The translations under genes and the position numbers were made by a program. Positions 11,114 to 24,900 of a stretch of DNA of 64,000 nucleotides are shown piece after piece. Below the pieces are notes generated by a model. The model was not told the origin of the DNA. It did not search any database and saw only the letters and a program-made list of their open reading frames with translations. Within the stretch, counting starts at the first letter, position 1. Every line of letters starts with the position of its first letter. The DNA is taken from positions 19,592,001-19,656,000 of the forward strand of contig OZ365112.1 of the NCBI GenBank assembly GCA_977030845.1, in the 5' to 3' direction. The DNA comes from Fimbriosthenelais zetlandica (Eukaryota).

Positions 11114-14100
11114 TGGGGACAACATGTGTTTGTCTGGAGGGGGAGTGTGTCCTACTATAGAAGTCTCGTTAACTTATAGGCCTATATGTATCTCTTTAAA
11201 TATTACATAATTATAAAACTTGATTTAACATCAGGTGATGTCATTGGCGATGTACGTCATGAATTATGTGTGCATCATTTTCATAATATCACCATGTCAT
11301 AACATTTACTTTGCATTCTGTGACATCATTTTACTATAAATATAAACACCCTGTGCCACAAATATTAGCTCATGACCACAAAATCCGGAAAGAAATCATG
11401 TTATGGCATGATATTCTAAAGTTAAGATGACAAATCCATCTAAAAGTAGATCACGATTCTATGAATGAGAACAGTCGAACTTCTATACGTTACTTCAATT
11501 TAAAAATCAAGACACATTATTTACTGGTTTATCAGTTATGGGGGATGTTAGGGTGATGCCTGTCTGACAGAGCGACCCTCTCTCTTCTAGGAGTTATTTT
11601 TCTAGGTTCAGCCTCCAGCGCTTATAGAAGCGCCATCAGTGCCATCTTCTGCCAAAGAGTGGAACGAGAGTTCTCCACATCACTAATATAGGCAATATTT
11701 CAATATAGGATAATGAAATGGTGCAGCCTAATATGAAATAAGCTCAAATCTACAACCCATGACGCTGTGCACGTCTTCCGTCAGGGTAAAGCCTGGCGTA
11801 TCTATGAGCATTCTGTTGATCTATACTCAGAGGATATAATATTGCTTATATAGCGTTATATGTTATACGAATTACTCCAATATTAGAACTAACATCAGGC
11901 TAGTATTACAAGAGGGACATGTTGTGTGCATTCTCAACATGGGCTTATACTATACTCCGAAGAATCCGTTATTTTATTCAGAAGCTTGGATGTAGCCATT
12001 CTTAAAGGAACTACAGAGCTCAGGCAGCACAGTGATGGGCTGAAGTCCTACTGGACTTTCATTTCCTATATATGTCCGTACCCTGAGGGGTCCACGTTGC
12101 TGGGGTAGTTATGCCCAGAATCCTGTCGTCCTAAACTTGATTATCTGGGTGGGGAAGAAGTAGTATAGGTCTCTGGCTTCACTGCACCCTACATTCCTAA
12201 TGCGTCACCAGTCAAACCCTTATAGAGCACCCTTTGCAGGAACCATGGGGTGGAAATAAATAGCCAGTCTAAATGTAACATTTCATGAATAAGAAAAGCT
12301 AAACTTTTAGGAAGTATTCATTTAGCAACCTGATATTGAAGCCCATAGCCCTATACTAATATATAAGGATAGACAAATAGGCCTACAAAATGTATAAAAG
12401 CATACAAAATTCCCATGGGAAATATTGCAGAAGCGTGGTCTAGTCGGATATTATATGCCTTTACTATGCATAAAAGACCAAGCTGTCTACAAAAATCCCA
12501 TCAGAGAAGACTCGAGTCGACTGCTGCTAGGTCCGGATTTGTCTATATAACCAAGCTTTCCTCCAGAGAATTGAAGGAAGCCATATGATTGTTTCCCAGG
12601 CCCAGAAGGAAATCAGGTCCCTAATTGGCCAATACCCCTGATATAAGAATCATAAGGCCGATCAGAAATGTATGGGGCTTTGGCTTTTAATGAACGATGG
12701 ATGATTTTTTATCAGAGGAATGGTGGCTGAACTGCTTTAATTATAACAAGCAGAGCGATCTTATCATAAGCGACTTATTGTTGCCTGAAATATCTATCAG
12801 CAAACATTAACGTACATATTAACTTACATAGCAGTGCAAGAAGATTTCGCGAGTATAACATTTCACCAGAAAATTTCCTGAAAAGTCTGGAAAGCTGGGA
12901 AGGGACCCCCTCCCTATAGCAGCATCTGATATTGGCCTTCACTCTCACTCTCTATCCCAGATTCCGTCTAGCTCTAATACCCTCTCTTTCCCCAATTCGG
13001 AATCTCTACCTATAGTGTATAGCCACTCTCTAGCTGCCCTCCCGATTCCAGTGCTGGTATAGAGGAGAGGAGAGGCGGTGTTCTGGACAGGTCAATAGAA
13101 GGACTTAGGAGAGGATTTGTCAAGCGAGGACCGCCATTATTCAGAGCACATTTCTAGAAAGTGGCCAACATGGACCATTATTGAGCTGGCCAGCTAATCT
13201 AGCTGTTTTTCTCCGCGTCTGGCTTTGTAAGCTGGAACTAATGCTGGCAGATGATACGGAAGGGTCCTTTGTGTTGATGAGAGGAGTAAAAATATATTAT
13301 AAGCTAAGATATCTGAAAATATTTATGATAAAAAAACCTCCAGCCATATTTTACAAGCCTGGAAAAGGGACCAACAAAGCCTTCACATACATAGAGTAAG
13401 ATGTTATTCTTATACTGCATATTCTATCAAATTCGTAATGTGGAAATCTTCACTGTAACAATTTGAGATCCACCCATTGAAACCATTTATTGAGTGAATA
13501 ACTCTACAACGCCCACTGCTTCCTGTATAATAGAAGGCCAATAGGGTTACCGCACCCCATCATTTGATGTCCCATGAACACCTTAATCGCTTTCAATAAT
13601 CCATCACCCCAATTTCTCTCCAAGCCAGCGTGTAATACCCTCTAAAGACCTCATGAAAAAACACAGGACCCTGACATGTTTTACTGGTAATGAATGGTGC
13701 TTGTTTTGATGGATTTAGGCAGTGGTCTGGAAAGGTATTGCCCACAATGATCTCAAGGGTCCTTCGTTTCCAATAGACAACATATAATATATATGCAAAG
13801 GCCTCAAACTACACTGAAACCGGCAGCACGTGCAAAGCTTCAATGTAGATCATATAATATACATTTCCCATGTTTAGTGAAAAAACATTTATAGAAATGT
13901 CACCATATATTTGATGAATACCTTGGTTTCTACCATCCAGTGAGTTGGACCTGCCTCCGATATTTATTCATACTTAATTAAATTCATGTAAACCATACAG
14001 ATTTTCATTCTTTTTTGTAAAATCATCATGAAATACATACAAACACATATGTAAAAGAGGAGTGAATTTACGAGACAGAAATAACCAGGAGCACTGAGTA

Positions 14101-15209
14101 GACTAATGACGTACTCCTAGAATATCTTTACGGAACCGTTGAAGCTCTCTCCTTGGTAAGAAGTTGCCTCCATCTATTCAGGGCGGTGAATGATGAGGGA
14201 GAGGCTTGACTTCTCAATTTAAGAGGTTCACATGGTGGAAGGAGACCGGTCCTCGGGCCCAGAAGCTGGAAGAGCAGGAAGACGGGGGAAGGACCGACAT
14301 GTCTGGTTCCACCACGAGACACTGACCGGATAAGCACCCACCAGCCAGAGCCCATTCAGAAGATACCATTGATCCAGAAGCCCGAGCATCCATTAGTGGC
14401 AAGAAGAGACCAGGGGGGAAAGCTGTACCAAAATCTATCGAATATAGGAAGAAATGGCCAAACACCTAAGACAGGGGATTTCCAAGGGAAAGGTTAGGAA
14501 GGAAAATCTATAGGCTATTGAATACGAGAAAAAACATCAGAAGACCAGGGGAGGACAAACGGTGTAACTGTTTCTAGAAATTCATTTTAGTCAAGCCTGC
14601 TATCTGTTTATGAAGGGAATATTCTTAGGTTCGCCATGTAAGAATCAGATTGTCTCAATGTAGTTGTAACGTTTACTTCTGACATGATACTAGAGTAGGG
14701 TGAAACACTAAAAATGACATCTTCAGGAACCAAGTGATTAAGCACACGCACAGACTCGACTGCGTTTCAACAGATTAATATTGGCTCCTACTGTATAGAT
14801 GAAACATAAAAAAAATGTGGTTCTGCCAATCCCTTGTCATTCACATCAATCGTTTTCCTGCAATGACAGGCCAGGTTGGTATGATTGCATACTCCTGCCC
14901 GACTGACAGATTCTAATTTACAACCTGCCATGGACATGTAATGCCAGACGTGAGCTGATTAAATTCTGATCAGCAACACCATAGCACAGAATAGTAAGTG
15001 TGGGCAGAGATGGATCTACTTGAACTGGCCATCTATAGATACTTGACCTCTGGGGACTAAGTCCCCTTTTCTTCATCGGGAGGAGGCCCAGGACTCTTTG
15101 TGCCTATCAGTCCAGTCCAGGAACCAATAGCTGGCCACTTGTGACTGGCACTGGAGGATTGGATGTTTGGTGGGCCGGGGAGGCAAGCTGGAGCGGGTAG
15201 AGGAACATT

Positions 15210-15323
15210 CATGATATGGGACATTGACATGAACCTGCTGTCCAGAATACTGACCAGCTGAACCCCGGACCCAGGAAGTGCATTATTCAACTGCTCAATA
15301 TCAGCATTCAGACAGCTCATTCT
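15210..15323 (-). pseudogene. Degenerate helix-loop-helix-like coding patch
   Basis: RMSCLNADIEQLNNALPGSG fits the bHLH helix-1 pattern RMxxLNxxFxxLxxxLP. It is followed by a weak helix-2-like segment ending MSHIMNV. There is no basic region. Comparison was by eye only. Confidence 0.2.
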
Positions 15324-15510
15324 GATGTTGAGCATCCTATGTTTACCTGCTGTCAACAACACAATGCAAGTATAAATCATTTGAAAGAGCAACATTATCA
15401 TACAAAAAGCAGGCCATGAGAAGTGAAAACAATTCTAAAGGGATGAACATAGAGAGCAAAGAGAAGAGGAAGGAGAGATGCCAGTACCAGAGGGCCATCT
15501 AATTATAGAG

Positions 15511-15547
15511 ATGACGTCATAGCCATTTGAAAGTCGTAAAGGTCATG
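15511..15547 (+). promoter_or_regulatory. Second CRE plus AGGTCA module
   Basis: ATGACGTCAT at 15511-15520 and AAAGGTCATG at 15538-15547, in the same order as at 3682-3714. Confidence 0.4.
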
Positions 15548-18240
15548 TAAATGGAGGCAGAAGGCCCGGACCTTTAGACCATTATTCAGGGAGGGAGGAA
15601 CAGGCTTAATACCACCTCGAAAACCTGCCCAGCTGCAGGCGGGTCACCAATGTAATGTGGTAGTTCAACCGAGGTAGTTTGTCTTACAAATACTGAAGTC
15701 TTAGAGCAGAAAATAACACTTCAAGCTGAATTGCCATCAACTATATGACATCATGTTCGAATGTTTTAACACCATACCTAAAATATTGAAGCATTAAATT
15801 AGGGATGGTGGCAAAATCTAAAGTAAAAGCGATGTACATAGGTTGACCTATCTCTCACTTTTCTCATTCCCACTTGGTTAAGTACTGGGCTGCTGAAAGG
15901 CAATAGCCATGCACAGAGTGTCTCTGCCTCCTCTAAAAAATGCCATAAAAACAAGGCCGCAAAAGGGGATGATTATTCATTTATGCCAGACCACTTTGCA
16001 GAGGTATTTGCTGCAGCTCTGGACAGACATAAGTAAGGTAAAGAGCAGGTCCAAGTACAATACCATATGATCCCCAATATATTGCTCATATTGCCATGGG
16101 CAGAAATGGGGATTTCCAAAAGGATTTTATTGCACAGTTAAATAAATAAATAGAATCTGAATTAACTAGGAATACTTCGCTTACACGAAGTGCAGGGTGA
16201 GGAATGTGGGCAGCCTGCTACCAGAAGACCAGGAACAGGCTTTTGGCCAAGTCAATGTCGAGGATAGTGCTCGTGTATATTGTCCAATAAGCAGCAAAGG
16301 CAGACATAATGTCTGCAGGTCTATGTCAGGAGTACATCGTTACTAGGAGATAAAACAAGCATCAGGCAACTTTGGCCTTTATGTCACCATCCTCTTTGAC
16401 CATATATAGGATAGAATTAAACCGACTTTTCAGCAAGTCTGGGCAATATATTCTTTAGGACAGTAAAGGAGGATGTGCATTTATTCTCTGAACGCTAGTC
16501 ATTCAACCTTTATAAGGACCTATAGAGTTGGATTAATAGACGGATAGAAAAGGTTGATGGAGTGTTTTCTAAAGTAACAACTCCACTAGCAATCGATCTG
16601 AATGGGATATGAGTATATTTGCTATTTCTATTTTGTCAAAGCCCCATAGAGGGCCTCCAGCTAGAACATACATGTATAGTAGTAGGATGTACAGACTACA
16701 AAGCTCTGTCTTTTGTCCTCATTTTTCTCTGATCAATAATTCTCTGCTCTTGCAAGGATCGCCCCTCTGATCTATTCTGATCCAATTTTAACTACATCCT
16801 TTGTCTTCAAAGATTGATGTGAATACATGGAAATGTTGAATGGGTACAGACTTGATCCCTTGGAAAGATTATGTTGCACTGCAGGAGAAAAATGTCGCAT
16901 CCCTGTATTAGTGCCAGGCAATTAACGTAGACACATCCGTCCCATGTGGTTGGCATTCCCAAACCAGTGAATCAGAGGACTAGTTTATTTAACAGTTTCT
17001 ATATTATGTACTAATGAGCGATATATGTCTTCTAATATAAAGTATGCTCTACTGAACAAGATATGTGCCACACATCTTTATATATATCATATTAACCCGG
17101 TCTATAGGCTGTGTATACACTGCCTCCCCAATCAAGCCACTGAAGGTTTGTTTCCACAAGCCACCATTCTCCCACGCCAATCACTTCTCTCATTGGCTTT
17201 GGCGCTTATGGTAATAAGCCATGATTAGTTCAATAAATCAACACAGTCATCGCTCCTCCTCAAACCAAGGCTGAGCCATGTCTACTCTTAAATAAAATGT
17301 TGAATAGCTCCACCGACCGGCCAGGCTCAAGTGGGACAGAGAAAAGTTACCATAAAAATAACATCTACTTGAATGAGCCAACACCAACGCCTTGTTAGAG
17401 GGGAAGGGGAGAAAAATAACAACTTAGCAAAGGGAACATATGACTCCTGCATGACTGGTAAACGGATACGTTGGCTCAAAGTTAATTAATATTTTTTCCA
17501 CTCTAAAACAAAGTCACATTAGACGAGATGGAGTGTTGTATAACCTTTAGCAGAGGAATTCAGGTTAACAACAGAAATGCATCCCACAACAGACTACCCC
17601 ACATGGGATTTGGTGTCTGCCTTCGTGCATAACAACAGTCTACCTGGACAGTAGATGGCAATACATATTACATGGTGTTTAACTTACGCTTTGCTCCTCT
17701 TCAAAACATAAATTGCTGGAAGTGGACCTCCGTATATAAATTCAGATTTAAATTCATGATTTTAACAGATTCATCTATGTCACAACACAAAAGATAAACA
17801 AGAACACCTTAACAGTATGAATTGTTGGTCACAGTTGAAACAAAAGAAACAAAAACTTCGGTAGAAACATGAAAAGGAAATAAGTTTGTAAACACCAAAC
17901 AAGACCCAAATGTCAAACTAATTTGAACTAAAGAGCACAACAATCCAAATGGGATATCAATACAAAGGGGATATCGAGAGGCATCCCTGGACTGAGGTGA
18001 TATCTAAAGTTTACAAACAGAAATAATTGTCAATTAACAAAATCCAATTAAACCATCTGGTCAGTGTATGCATAGTCGACACTGCCTACCTTGGATATAT
18101 GGTCCTCTGGTAGCAAACCAGGGTTTTCCATTCCATCCCGTCGCCAACCAAAACACTTCATGGTTCATACTTATGTGGTCAGCCCAGGAGAATAATGGGT
18201 GGCCATAATAAGTAGGCTGCTCCTGTGGCTGGGCGCAGGT

Positions 18241-18960
18241 TTAGAAGCAGTAGCTGGGGGCATCTAGGAGAAAGGCGGGAGACGCTTGGTACCCGCCATC
18301 GTCGGCAAGGTTAGCGGAAGCGGAAGCAATGCGGTTGCGATGCAAGAAGACGGCATGGATGTGCTTGCGGGAGGGGAGCATATTGTGAAAGACCTGGTGC
18401 TCTTGACGGTATAGGAGGTGTTGATTAAAGTGTTGCTGGTGGTGGTTATGGTGGTGGCAGTGGCAAAGAACTTGGGTCCTCAACCCTAAACTCTCATTAG
18501 AGGACATTGTAATCATCTTGCTGAGAGGTCAAGCCGTAAGGACCATTGCCGACACGGAAGCTGCTGCCGCTGTTGCTTCAAAATTTCCAGTTGGTGTTTC
18601 CGTTGCATTTTCTTTCTCTCTTTTCCCAATTGGAGACAGGGGAGAAGATGTCTCGTTCAGCCAATTTGCCGGCAGTCAGCTTTCCGCCCGACCAAAAGCC
18701 TCAGCTTTCTCTCTGCAAAACTCCCGGACAAGAGGTGCGACTACATCTTTCCTTGCCACTCTACAAGTTGGGATTGAGGAGTGGTTAGCTGTCGCTGCAG
18801 CTCACTGCTAGCCCGCCATGTAGAGGCGCTTTGGCTTGGGACATTGGCCACAGCAGACGCAGCAGCAGAGGCCTCGTATAAGAGGCAAAAATACTAGTAC
18901 CGGCTTCCCGCCAGACCTTCTCCCTCCCGAACATCACCGCCACACCATCAGCAGCGCCAG
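18241..18960. promoter_or_regulatory. GC/CpG-rich island-like segment with tandem ETS-type GGAA sites
   Basis: 33 CpG counted in 720 bp, versus 9 in the 720 bp at 17341-18060. GCGGAAGCGGAAGC at 18314-18327. An X-box sits at the right edge. Confidence 0.4.
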
Positions 18961-18973
18961 TTTCCATAGCAAC
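18960..18973 (+). promoter_or_regulatory. RFX X-box (GTTTCCATAGCAAC)
   Basis: Full consensus match, directly flanking the CpG-rich segment. Confidence 0.55.
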
Positions 18974-21900
18974 TAGATTTTCCCGATGGCATGGATAATT
19001 TCCTCTTATTAAGTTTTCTTTTTGACTACCACCATATCAGAAGAAGGAAAACAAGTATATATCTGGGAGCAGAAATGCACCGCTCTTTACCACAAGGTCT
19101 GAGAATATAAACATGTTATTTAACATGCCACCATCAAATAGATGAGGGTACGTGAGAGGCATGGCATTTTAAGTTCATAGCAAGTATCGCAAAACTTTAA
19201 TATATCATAATGCAACACCGTCCACTGAAGCCTGAAATCAATGGTAATTTCCATGCACTACTAACAGCCCCACTCCGAATCACAACCAATTCCATGATGG
19301 AATAATTCCACGATGGAATCTTTGAAAGTTTCCTTTTTATCAGATCTGGCTTGGATGGGCGATTTAATGGTTGATTCAGTCGTCATTATTAGTACCATCT
19401 CTGGTCTCGTGACTGTATTCTTCCCACTTCCACCTAATCCACACTGTAAGAATGACAGAATGGGGCCACGATTGGGGAGCAGAGCTTTGCTATTGGTAGG
19501 CAGCAACTGTCAAGAATAGAGCAATCATAAGTTCACGGTCCCTTGGTACCCTCTATTTCCCCCCATCCATCCCATCAATAAAACTAACAAGAAGGAAGGG
19601 ATTTCCTATGGACGCCTGCTTTGGTGGACATGCCACTCACTATTTCCTGCAGTGGCTGCTCGAGAAATGCAAGAAAATACCATCAGACGTGAGAAGTCAT
19701 TTCTCGTCTATAACAGCCAGTGTACTGTCTGATACAAGTGGGAAAAGGAAGAAAGGGGATAACGGTCCTCATAAAGGACTATATGAAGTGTAAAAAAGCT
19801 CATGCAATGGCGGAGTTAGAAGTAATCGAGACCCAACAGGGGTGTGTTTGTTGGGCTTGAGGGTGTGGGAGGCTGGAGAAGAGATCACCCCCTCCTTGTA
19901 GTGAGCCAAGGCAAAGTTATTTAACTCGAGTGTGCTCCAGCAACGTGAGGACCCGCCAGCCCCATGCATGTAATATGTTTTACATAATTCATGGTGTCAA
20001 TGAAATTTACCGGCACTTTTAGCAGCAAATAAATCAGATTTGCTAAAAGTAATTTGTCTGGGGTCTAGATTAGGATTTTCATTCAATAAGCAGAGCTCAA
20101 TGGCCGTATTTTAGCAGTGTGCTTTAGGTCTAGTACTGCCAGACTTTTCACAGGAAGATGGGAAAGTTGCTGGTCCATGTAAATCTAATTATATAGGGAT
20201 TGGAGGTCAGATTAAAGTTCTCTCTTCTTCTTTCTTTCTTTCTCCAAGAGTGGTGGTTAATGATTACCATTTATAATGTTGTAAGGGGCACATCAAGGGC
20301 ACACAAAACCTTGGGCCCAAAACGATAGAAAATCGCTCTGATTAGGTTTTCCCCCATAGTTTGAGACATGCTATATATTCTAAACGCAAAGAATATAAAT
20401 TCAGTAAAATTATGATATATTTGCCAATGTGGCAATGGATAGTATCGAATATAAGCAGGGCAGTGTATGTAGATCTATATTCATTTATGTAAAGCAAATA
20501 ACACAGGAAGGAATCAGACCAATAGACTTCTCTCCCTCTGCCTACACCATCTACTACTGGTTGTAGATGGGCTGGCTTCTCCCCGATATTACACAATTAC
20601 AAGTGATGCTGGTAAACCTCGATAGGTATTAAGACAGGCTGGGGGAGGAGTTGTACATAGAGGCTGATACAAGCTTGCTGCTGAATCACATCAATGGCCG
20701 GCAGAGGCGCCACTAGCGCTGGCTGGTGGAGGAGCACACATTACAATGGACAGGTCGTATATCACCGTGCTAAACTAGTCTATAGCTATATCATGACACA
20801 TACACCAGCACTATGTATATCATTCACTATAATGGTGAATTAAAGTCTACACATCATCATGGTCCAATAAACCAAACACATGTACATGGATATTTATTAA
20901 CCCATATTATTAACATGTATTTGTATCCTGTGTTAAAATTTCCCTCACGAGCCATTTAGAAATTGGCGAAAAAGAAGTTCAGAGAAATGTGTATTAGTCT
21001 GTATCGAATGAACATGAGAATGAAGCATGCATGTATAAAATACATCTACATTGTAAAACACAGGAGGAGACATGATGGATGTGCACATTTTAAATGTCCA
21101 CTGGGTATATATAGACCACTGGATCCCCCACTTTGTATTATGTTCTGTATCAGAGAGGCAGCAACTGCGCAGTATGTAGTCTGGCAACATATGCTGTCAT
21201 GTATGTCTAGACTACTTCGAATGTTCACCTCAGTGGTATACAAACAACTGCTTAAATTTTGAAGGATATTGGCATGAAATTCGAATGAAATAACTCAAAA
21301 CGATTATTGCTCAAATTAGAGGAGATCTGGAAAGTTATAAACAAAAGGTGTGAGCATATATCTTTATAATATATCCTTTTTTTCAGTAGTATATATGAAA
21401 AGTATTAAAGCATAAATGGACCTGAATATGTTGAATATCAAGTAGTATAGCAGTTCATGGTCTTATTTCCTGGCAATTATATGGATGTAACACTTGAGGA
21501 AACACCAGGGAGAAAGTATTCAGAGAGCATAAACTATGTAAGCCAGAGCCACACATAGTAGTATAGGGGAAGAGGATGGATACTCAGGCGTAGAAACAAG
21601 CGGCTGTGGGACTGAGTAAAGTTTATGTATAGCGTGAAAATGATATGAGCCGTGGACTGACAGTGATATCACCGCTAGAGGCAGCACTAAGCCAGCAGGC
21701 AGCCATACGTGTCTGGTTCCACCATCAAGTAGCCTTCACCAACCGACGATACAATTCCTTCTCTAGACAGTGAAGGGTATTTTAAAACATATGTGTACAT
21801 ATATATGTGTATTATATTATTTCTTTAAGTTCTTGGTGGCTATCTGTTGAATACTGCACCATTTTCAAGATGAATACAATTCATATCAGATGAAAATAAT

Positions 21901-24900
21901 GTATTAATCTCCTAAGCTCCCTACATCCCAGAAAAAGTTCTTTACTTTGGTCTACAACTGTAATATGTTGTTGAATATCATCATACATTCTAACATAATA
22001 CTATCGCGCCATTTCCTCCCTCATATTGAGGCATGATTATTACATATTAGGCATTCAGCACATTGCGAAAAGGCGCCGGTGCAAGCAGTCAGCAGACATG
22101 AGAAAGTTTCTGATGCTGCACAGCAACACCGGAATGCCGACTGGAGGAGAATGTAGACACTAGCCGCACAATGCTGAACGTAGTGACTGCCTTCAACCAG
22201 GAAACCTAGCAACACGTCAGGAGAATTGGGGGAGGCAGAGAAAAAGAGCAAGAGGATGCGAGGAGACAAGAAAAAGGTTATACAGAGAAAGCATCAGGCA
22301 TGGCCAAATGAATACATTCATCTGAAATATATCGATAAGTGGAAAAGTGCTCAATAAGGTCAGAAATGACCCCAAAAGTCTCGTGGGTTCTCGCGATACA
22401 AAATGCGTTGGCGGGAAAAACTGGTTTGTAAAGCGGCCAACGAAGAACAACCCAAACGCACTTTCTGTCCTGTTTGACAGCCCACTTCCACAGAAATAAA
22501 TTAAACATTGAGGCTACTGCTGCGTCGGTTCAATCCCTATCCATTACAGCAGAGCCTTCAGACTGAGGACCACCAATGAGCAACAACAACCAATGTCCAG
22601 TCTGGTGAATAATGACCACCAAAGCCAGGTCAGGCAGACTGATTATGGACATGTCGTTATTCCATATTAGAACAGTACACTGTCGGCATTCCATAAAAGC
22701 TCACTGGTCAAATATTGCACCCTGACATTGGGCAGAAGTGCGTTTTATAGGAGCTTGAGTTGGGCAGGTCATGCATAGGGGGTGACCACTAAAAGCTCAG
22801 CTGAGATCAAGGTACACAATGTGGTCGTGAGATCGGTCAGTAGTATACTGCTTCAAATAACCAGTGCCACCAATGTATTTGTCACAGGAAATGACACAGA
22901 CATTACATTGCACTATCAAAGGAAGCATGATGAAATTGGTTTTGTCATCATTAATGAAAATATGATGTAAGAATCGGTCTGGCTTTAGGAGATGTCATCT
23001 CCTCTTGCTGCTTCGGTCTGGGAGTCAGGTAACACTTAATTATGAACAAAGTGAATGGCATGAGGCCAGAATACTCTTCAGACATGAAGAGAAGGTTTTT
23101 GGCAAAGAAGAGACCAGTGGCGAGGTGATGGGGGGTGAAGAGAGAGGAGATAAACCCAGTTCTTCACGCGTCTTTTATGTCAATGCACCTGGAACGCCTT
23201 CTTTATTTCTTTCTTATTGAAGAGGATGAGTCACCTTCGAATTGGCTATTTTTGTAAAGCACAGAGACAGACAGACTACATCTCTACCTTTTTCATTCTT
23301 TCTTGGAATAGGAAGTGTTGCATTAATTAAACGTTAACTAGGAAGTTATTTGACCAACTTCAATATTGCATATGCAAGGAGTAAGGAAATAGCGATGAGA
23401 ATCATGAGAGGCCGATCAGAACCCACATATGTCTGGTATGGATCCCTAAGATCGCTATCTCTACACTACACTACAGTACCACCTTTGCACCTGATCCAGC
23501 AAGCTTATACAGGTGCGTGCACACATCTTAACACTTACCTTGGCTTCTTAATGTGTACATTGCTCATTTCCAAGCAATGAAAAAGGACTAATTACTAATC
23601 ACTACATAGCTTTGAGTGTGGTCAAACTATTAAGGAAAGAAAATATTTTTGGGGGGCCAATACATTCTAAGAATTAAATTTTAATAGAGAGAAGGTGAAT
23701 CTATGTTGCACTTGCTGACACTGACAGCGATCGATGTTCCTCAGTATTGATCGAACTCGTTCCTCATTCTGAGCAGATCAATATGTTAGGTGTTTGAAAA
23801 GACAACAGGGATTATGGGGGACAAGTTGTCATGCTACAACCTCTAATTGGGAAAGGAGGATAATGCCAGTTACTATATATAGAAGGTGAAGGTGTGCCTC
23901 AGCTCCAGGATGTCAAGTATGTGTCTTGGGAATTCCTCCATGAATAAAACAATGGAATAATTGTTAAAGAGAAAGAGGATCTCAAAACGATACAGCATAC
24001 TACTACATGAATATTGGCAAGTCATTGTCTAGACAAGGCTCAAAAGGGTGTAAAAAGGGTAAAGAGTTTTGGATAGAAAAATAATTAAGGAATCAAGTAT
24101 GACTCAAGCAGGAAAAGGATGGGAAGTACATGGGTAAATGTGCATTTTATACTACCCATAAAAGAGAAAAAGGGCAGGTAATGAAGGGGGTGGGTGGTGG
24201 GGGATTGTAGAGACAGGTGTCTACCTCTGGTGGGAGCAGTATGTGTTTAGGCCTGGGTGGTTGAGGTGCTTGTGATGTAGGAGTAGGGCGGTGCTTTTGG
24301 CTGGGTGAAGTGGCAAACGTAGACTGCCGGAAAATAGGCGAGTAGCCTGCCACTACCTGATGAGCAGCAGCTGAAGATATGATGGTCGCCATCTCCTCAG
24401 TTCTACTTCTTCCTTGTAAGAAACAAACCTTTATTGTTGCTTACAGTTCCTATCTTCCCCAGATTAGGATCCACAAGAATTGTCTATACGTTTCCTTGCT
24501 CATAAAGTCCATGAAAGCTCTTTGCAGTATGAACCTCCTCTGTGAAATGTCGCGAAAGGTGAGGTTCTTATTTTAAAGAGCACCGAAAACTGATTCACCT
24601 TGACCTCTTGAGGTAACAGGTTGATTTAGTATTCACGAAAGAAAGTCTGTCCAAGGAATGTCAAGGTGTCAGCGTGCAAGCTGATAAGGCATGCTGCCTT
24701 CCTCGCAAATAGATTGATGTCAGGTATTCTTGTCTGATCTGGTTTAATCTTCTAGTGCCACTCCATCAAGACTTTAAGTCACTCACCAAACTCCAACAGA
24801 AATTCCAAATATTCTTTTCTTAAAAAAGCAAACTTGGAAATTTGAAGTTGTTGAAATTGAAGTCATGCACCTGGTATGACTTTTTGGATGATTGTTACAC

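Noticed and set aside
15772-15805. Minus-strand TTTAG|GTATGG junction
   Set aside because: The pyrimidine tract is poor and the donor is non-optimal, so it cannot be separated from background.
20695-20714. CTCF-like TGGCCGGCAGAGGCGCC
   Set aside because: One base short in the core (CAGAGGCGC versus CAGRKGGCGC).
14300-21724. Shared 15-mer TGTCTGGTTCCACCA at 14300 and 21710
   Set aside because: A few 15-mer matches are expected by chance in 64 kb, and the flanks do not align.
23533-23629. Minus-strand 88-nt exon candidate (TTTTCTTTCCTTAATAG ... AAG|GTAAGT)
   Set aside because: All three frames contain stops. It could only be a non-coding or poison exon, and there is no further support.
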